Positions 59,170-64,000 of a stretch of DNA of 64,000 nt are shown here, in pieces (position 1 is the first letter of the stretch; every line of letters starts with the position of its first letter). Source of the DNA: Nitrosopumilus sp. (lineage in GTDB: Archaea; Thermoproteota; Nitrososphaeria; Nitrososphaerales; Nitrosopumilaceae); the NCBI GenBank assembly GCA_965207075.1, contig CBDBLO010000002.1, forward strand, positions 2,048,001 to 2,112,000, written 5' to 3'. Made by a program: the position numbers and the translations under genes. Under the pieces are notes generated by a model. It was not told the DNA's origin and did no database searches. It was given only the letters and a program-made list of their open reading frames with translations.

Positions 59170-60300
59170 ATGAAAGCCCTGGTATACGACAGGTACGCCG
59201 AGAATGACGACTTTGCGTCGATCCTCAACGTCAGGGACGTCCCCGACCCGGAGCCGGGCCCCCGCGACGTGGTGTTCAGGGTGGAGGCGGCCGCCCTCAA
59301 CTACGACGACATCTGGGGCATGAGGGGCAAGCCCCTGGCAGTGCCGCTGCCCCACATATCAGGCAGCGACGCGGCGGGCATAGTGACGGCGGTGGGCCCC
59401 GACGTCAAGACCGTAAAGCCGGGGGACAGGATAGTCTCGCACGGGAACCTGTCGTGCCGCACCTGCAAAAGGTGCACGGGCGGAAGGGAGTACGACTGCA
59501 GGAACAGGCGCATCTGGGGCTTTGAGACCGGCCCGCTGTGGGGCGGGTACTGCGAGTACTCGAGGCTGCCAGAGTCAAACGCGGTCCCGATACCGGACGG
59601 CGTCACGTACGACGACGCGGCCGCGGCCTCGATGACGCTCCTGACCTCGTGGCACATGCTGGTGGGCAGGGCGGCAGTGCGCCCGGGCCAGATAGTGCTG
59701 GTGATGGGCGGGGCCTCGGGGGTCGGAAGCTACGGCATACAGATCGCAAAGCTGTTCGGGTGCCGCGTCATTGCGACTGCAAGCGCCGAGAAGCTCGGCA
59801 GGCTCCTGGAGCTCGGGGCCGACCACGCGGTGGACCACCGCAGGGAGGACTGGCACAGGGAGGTGCGCCGCATCGCGGGCGGCATGCCAAAGCAGAACGG
59901 GGAGCCGCCGGGAGTCGACGTGATATTCGAGCACGTCGGGGGCTCGCACTGGAAAAAGGAGCTCGGGCTGCTCAACTACGGGGGGACCATAGTCACCACA
60001 GGGGCCACCACCGGGTACGACGCGCCGACCGACCTGAGGCACATATTCTTCAAGGGGATAAGCATACTGGGCTCGACGCAGGGGACCAGGGCCGAGCTTG
60101 AGCGGGGGCTGTACTGGATGTCCAGAAAAAAGATACGCTCGATGATAGACTCTGTGTTTCCGCTCGACGACGCGGCCAGCGCGCACCGGAGGATGCTGGA
60201 AGGCAGGGGGCTGTTTGGGAAGATCCTGATAAAGCCGCACATGCGCCAGACGTCGGCGCCCCGCCCCGGACTCCGCCCCGAGCCAGAGCCTGGCGGCTAG
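59170..60300 (+). CDS. Zinc-binding MDR dehydrogenase/reductase
   Basis: LNYDD, GSDAAG, CRTCKRC...C, GGASGVG. Confidence 0.88.
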   Translation: MKALVYDRYAENDDFASILNVRDVPDPEPGPRDVVFRVEAAALNYDDIWGMRGKPLAVPLPHISGSDAAGIVTAVGPDVKTVKPGDRIVSHGNLSCRTCKRCTGGREYDCRNRRIWGFETGPLWGGYCEYSRLPESNAVPIPDGVTYDDAAAASMTLLTSWHMLVGRAAVRPGQIVLVMGGASGVGSYGIQIAKLFGCRVIATASAEKLGRLLELGADHAVDHRREDWHREVRRIAGGMPKQNGEPPGVDVIFEHVGGSHWKKELGLLNYGGTIVTTGATTGYDAPTDLRHIFFKGISILGSTQGTRAELERGLYWMSRKKIRSMIDSVFPLDDAASAHRRMLEGRGLFGKILIKPHMRQTSAPRPGLRPEPEPGG

Positions 60301-60349
60301 CCGGACTTGTCAGCAGGCTCGCGCCGGGACGGCGGCGGCGGCGGCGGTG

Positions 60350-61360
60350 TCACAGCCAGTGCGGAACCTGCATGTAGTCCTCGTCGGCCTGCCCGCCGCG
60401 GATTATCCGGAGCAGCATCCTGGCCTGCGGGGTGGACAGGACGGGCCTGTCAAACTTGTTGTCAGTCGATATGCGGGGGCATGCCACCTGCACGAACGCG
60501 TCCACCCCCCGTATGTTGGCCAGCCGCTCGTTTGTGATGTCGGTCATGGCAAACAGGTGCACCTTTCTGCCCTCGCCCTCCAGCTCCCTCTTGATCTTTA
60601 GCGCGAACGTCTTTGAGAGCTGCCCCTCCTTGAGGCCCACTATGACCCCGAACGTCCTGGCCTCGGCTGCCTTGTACACGGCAAGGGTCGCCCTGCGTTT
60701 CAGCTTCTGGGCAAACTCGGATACCTCACGCACCTCGCCAAAGTACGGGTCAAGCACGTAGGTGGGCAGCCCGGTGGCAAGCGCGATTCCCGCCGCGTGA
60801 AAGTTGCTCTGCCCCAGAAACACGTGCGCGTCAGCGGCGCCGCCAGCTGCCGCCTCTCGGGCGGGATAGAACTCGCACCCGAACACCTGGCCGTCGTTGA
60901 GCTGCCCGGAGCCCCCGCCGATCACCACGTTAACGCCGCCCTCCTCGAGCATCTTCTTGACGCGGCCCAGCTGGTGCAGGTGCTGGCTGTCCGTCACGAG
61001 GGACGCGGTCATGCCCCGCAGCTTCTCGGCGCACTTGGAGGCGACTGAGTCAAACGATACGTCGTCAAACGCGTCTATCAGTATGGTGTTCTCGCTGCCC
61101 GGAATGGTCTCGGAGTTTATCGTGTGCCCGATGTTAAAGTGGATCTCGGCGCCGAGCGTCCTTGCCCCGTTGGAGTTCAGGTCGCAGGTGCCCCACGTGG
61201 TGTCGGCCATGACGTACGCGGGTATGCCAAACTCCGCCGTTATGCGCTCCGCGGCGTCCTGCACCTGCGGCAGCATCCCGTCGGGGCCGTTCAGCGAGAC
61301 TGACGCGGGGCGCCTGTCCCGTATTACGCGGAAGATCCTGTCGAGGTCTACGGATATCAT
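60350..61360 (-). CDS. dph2: Diphthamide biosynthesis enzyme Dph2
   Basis: WGTCD, GQVFGC, ACPRI Fe-S cysteines. Confidence 0.9.
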   Translation of the reverse strand: MISVDLDRIFRVIRDRRPASVSLNGPDGMLPQVQDAAERITAEFGIPAYVMADTTWGTCDLNSNGARTLGAEIHFNIGHTINSETIPGSENTILIDAFDDVSFDSVASKCAEKLRGMTASLVTDSQHLHQLGRVKKMLEEGGVNVVIGGGSGQLNDGQVFGCEFYPAREAAAGGAADAHVFLGQSNFHAAGIALATGLPTYVLDPYFGEVREVSEFAQKLKRRATLAVYKAAEARTFGVIVGLKEGQLSKTFALKIKRELEGEGRKVHLFAMTDITNERLANIRGVDAFVQVACPRISTDNKFDRPVLSTPQARMLLRIIRGGQADEDYMQVPHWL

Positions 61361-61459
61361 GCGGTACGCACCGCCCGTATTAATTTAAAGGAATGCCGCG
61401 GGCGGCGCCTCGGCTGCTGCCACAACAACCTAAATGATGCGCCTCCCCCAGCTCTGGCG

Positions 61460-62836
61460 ATGGGCTCGGATGTCACTCTCAACGTGGGGTTTGACGACAC
61501 GGACTCGCGCGCGGGGATGTGCACCACGTACCTCGCGTACGTGATTGCGGGGTCGCTCCGGAAGGGGGGCGCGGCAGAGTTTCTTGACTATCCGAGGCTG
61601 GTCAGGTTCAACCCCAACGTCCCGTGGAAGACGCGGGGAAACGGCGCGGTGTCCATGCGCATCAGGACAGGCGATCCCGGGCGCGTCAAGGACGAGATAC
61701 GCAGGACCGTGTTCGAGCACGCGGACGTCGCGCGCGGCGCAAACCCCGGACTGGTGTTCTGGGAGGGGGACGACGTGCCGGAGCCGCTTGCCGGGTTCGG
61801 CCGGCTGGCGCTCTGGCAGCTCATAGGCAGGGCGGACGCCAGGGGCTTTGCAAGGGACAACGGCCTGGAGATCCACTACATGGGGAACGGCCAGGGGCTG
61901 GTCGGGGCCATCGGCTCCACCGGATACCAGTGGGACGACCACACGATGGAGCTGCTCTCGTACCGCCGCGCCGAGATGTGCGGGACCAGGCGCGTCGTGT
62001 CGCCTGCAAGCGTAAAAAGCATGCAGGATCGCACGTTTCCCAACACGTTCAACAGCTATGACAAGAGGAGCGGCCGGGTGCTGATCACGCCGCGGGGGCC
62101 GGACCCCGTGTTTTACGGGATACGCGGCGAGGACGCCGCCTCGCTTGTGGCCGCCTCGCGTATGATCAGGAGCGACGAGTCCCCGCTGGGGTACATGATC
62201 TTCCGAACGAACCAGGGGACGGGCGCGCACCTGCGCAACGAGCTGACGGAGGAGTACATGAGGCCCTTTGCGTCCGGGTGGATACGCGGTGCTGTGACCG
62301 ACAGTCCCATAGTGGAGCGCGGCGGGCACGTGTTCTTCGAGGTGGAATCGGGCGGGCGGCGGCGGCGGCGGCAGCAGCAACGGCGGCAACTGAGAGTCAG
62401 GTGCGCCGTGTACAAACCCACCGGGATGACGGGCGTGGCCCGCCGCCTCGTGGCCGGCGACGAGGTGCGCGTGGGAGGCGGCGTCCGGAAGGCCTCAAGG
62501 GGCCGCCAGAGGGTGCTCAACGCAGAGTACATCGAGGTCGTATCGCTTGCCGACGACTCGTACCTCGCAAACCCCGCGTGCCCCGCATGCGGCAAGAGGA
62601 TGAAGTCAAAGGGGGTGGGCCAGGGATTCGAGTGCGCCAGGTGCGAGGACAGCCGCGCGGCGTCAAAGGTGGAGGTAAGAAAGAAGCGCGCGGTGAGGAC
62701 AGGGCTGCACATTCCGGACGCGGGGGCCCAGCGCCACCTGACCAGGCCCGTACAGAGGCTGGAGAGGCGGAACCGCGCGGGGGCGCCCGACCGCGGCCTC
62801 GAGTGGCTCCACGTTTATGATAATAGCGGGGAGTAG
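61460..62836 (+). CDS. tiaS: tRNA(Ile2) 2-agmatinylcytidine synthetase
   Basis: GFDDTDS..GMCTTY, NPNVPWKTRGNGA, TNQGT, C-terminal Zn ribbon, RHLTRP. Confidence 0.93.
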   Translation: MGSDVTLNVGFDDTDSRAGMCTTYLAYVIAGSLRKGGAAEFLDYPRLVRFNPNVPWKTRGNGAVSMRIRTGDPGRVKDEIRRTVFEHADVARGANPGLVFWEGDDVPEPLAGFGRLALWQLIGRADARGFARDNGLEIHYMGNGQGLVGAIGSTGYQWDDHTMELLSYRRAEMCGTRRVVSPASVKSMQDRTFPNTFNSYDKRSGRVLITPRGPDPVFYGIRGEDAASLVAASRMIRSDESPLGYMIFRTNQGTGAHLRNELTEEYMRPFASGWIRGAVTDSPIVERGGHVFFEVESGGRRRRRQQQRRQLRVRCAVYKPTGMTGVARRLVAGDEVRVGGGVRKASRGRQRVLNAEYIEVVSLADDSYLANPACPACGKRMKSKGVGQGFECARCEDSRAASKVEVRKKRAVRTGLHIPDAGAQRHLTRPVQRLERRNRAGAPDRGLEWLHVYDNSGE

Positions 62837-62913
62837 ACTTGAACTACTGATCTGCGGGTTATGAGCCCGCCGGGATGACCTAGCCCTCAAGTGTCTGACT
62901 TCCCCACCCCGCT
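62824..62913 (-). tRNA. Initiator tRNA-Met(CAT) with 15-nt D-loop intron (62880-62894)
   Basis: A1:U72 pair, GGG/CCC anticodon stem with CTCATAA loop, T-arm AGTAG-TTCAAGT-CTACT; the 25-nt D-loop region folds as a BHB. Confidence 0.88.
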
Positions 62914-63018
62914 AGAGAATGGCGGCACCCGCGCCGTATATACGCCTTTCAATACGAGCGTCCGCGGCCCGGAGTTTGTGCACACACTGGGGGCCCGCCC
63001 GCAGACGTGCCCGACTGC

Positions 63019-63071
63019 TGCAGCAGTAGCAGTAGCAGTAGCAGTAGCAGTAGTAGCAGTAGTAGTAGTAG
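63019..63071. repeat. Microsatellite (gcagta/gta)n
   Basis: gcagcagtagcagtagcagtagcagtagcagtagtagcagtagtagtagtag. Confidence 0.85.
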
Positions 63072-63313
63072 GACGGCGACGGCGCGCAGAACCGTCCGAG
63101 CCCCCAAGCAGCCATCCCGCACCGCCCGCCTCTGAAACTATGGGAGAGACGGGTCGGCCTGCCAGGCCCCTGACGGTTCGATGCCCGCAGCAGGAATAAG
63201 GAACGCGTCACCGGGGGCGGCAGGCATTTGTGCCATTCTGTCACAAGGCCGGGGGCAGTGACGGGGGCGGCTGCAACCGACAAGTTAAAAGAGAATGACG
63301 CGTAACATACCAC

Positions 63314-63634
63314 GTGGCAAAGCAGGAGGTCAGGACGGTAAACGGCAAAAAGTATCTGTACTATACGCACTACCAGAAGAGCGACAGGATAGTGGTGTAC
63401 TGCGGCCCCGCCCACCGGACCGACGCAAAGCTAAAGGCCGCAAAGTTGGAGATGAAGCAGACGGCAAAGTCAGTCAAGGAGTTACAGGCCAGGCGCAGGG
63501 AGCTAAAGGCGGACATAGCAAGGCTTACTTCTGCTGCAAAGTCAGAGGGGGCCAAGAAGGGCGCAGGCAGCAGCAGCGGCAGCGGCAACGGCCGCCGCCG
63601 GACAAAGAAGAGGCCCAAGGCGGCCAGACGGTAG
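63314..63634 (+). CDS. Small basic coiled-coil hypothetical protein
   Basis: VRTVNGKKYLYYTHY...YCGP followed by a heptad coiled coil. Confidence 0.55.
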   Translation: MAKQEVRTVNGKKYLYYTHYQKSDRIVVYCGPAHRTDAKLKAAKLEMKQTAKSVKELQARRRELKADIARLTSAAKSEGAKKGAGSSSGSGNGRRRTKKRPKAARR

Positions 63635-63685
63635 TGCGGGCATTCCCAACCAAGAGATAATTAGCAGGCACGATCTGCAGCTGTA

Positions 63686-64000
63686 ATGGACAAAAGGATC
63701 CAGATCGCGGCGGTTGCCGGGGCAATCGCGTTCTCCGTAATGGTGCTCTCGTCCCCGGCCGACCCGCTGCCGCTGCCGGATCCGGCCGCAATGTCGGGGC
63801 GGGAAGACGGCGACACGCTGTCAGTGTCGGCCGCGTCGTCCGTATCCACGCTTGCAACCGGCCTCGAAAAGCCACGCGCCATTGCCATACACGGGGATCG
63901 CGTATTTGTGACCGAAAAGGCGGGCGCAGTCCGCGTCGTGCAGAACGGCACCCTCCTGGAGCAGCCGCTTGCCGCGTTCCGCGCGGCCGACACCTTTGGC
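63686..64000 (+). CDS. PQQ-dependent sugar dehydrogenase (GSDH family), runs off window
   Basis: Manual translation MDKRIQIAAVAGAIAFSVMVL...LATGLEKPRAIAIHGDRVFVTEKAGAVRVV. Confidence 0.75.
   Translation, partial: MDKRIQIAAVAGAIAFSVMVLSSPADPLPLPDPAAMSGREDGDTLSVSAASSVSTLATGLEKPRAIAIHGDRVFVTEKAGAVRVVQNGTLLEQPLAAFRAADTFG

Noticed and set aside
62824-62913. tRNA-Ile2(CAT), the TiaS substrate, next to tiaS
   Set aside because: A1:U72 and three consecutive G-C pairs in the anticodon stem are initiator-Met hallmarks.

Overview
High-GC archaeal chromosome segment, most consistent with an ammonia-oxidising Nitrosopumilaceae (Thaumarchaeota). Supporting genes are the 3HP/4HB-cycle pair (4-hydroxybutyryl-CoA dehydratase and ADP-forming CoA ligase), thermosome, rpl44e/rps27e, csl4, dph2, tiaS, mptE/folP and a cobalamin cluster. 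Core genes occupy about 1-6.3 kb and 33.3-64 kb. Between them is a ~27 kb accessory region. A TFB-like/ParB-like pair (6.4-9.2 kb) is followed by a ~23.8 kb element bounded by a 13-bp repeat of the tRNA-Val(TAC) 3' end. The element carries a tyrosine integrase, IS remnants, a DUF3800 gene with a candidate convergent structured RNA, DprA, two 48-bp palindromes, an AbrB regulator with a 33-bp tandem array, a PLD-SNF2 helicase with a type IIG-like methyltransferase, and an Mrr-like nuclease. It also carries an AT-rich five-gene operon (SIS-HAD, PRTase-like, P-loop ATPase, CARF-like/unknown, PfkB kinase), which is the best candidate for a poorly characterised defence system. An initiator tRNA-Met with a 15-nt D-loop intron lies at 62824-62913. 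All calls come from reading motifs by eye; no searches or computations were run.
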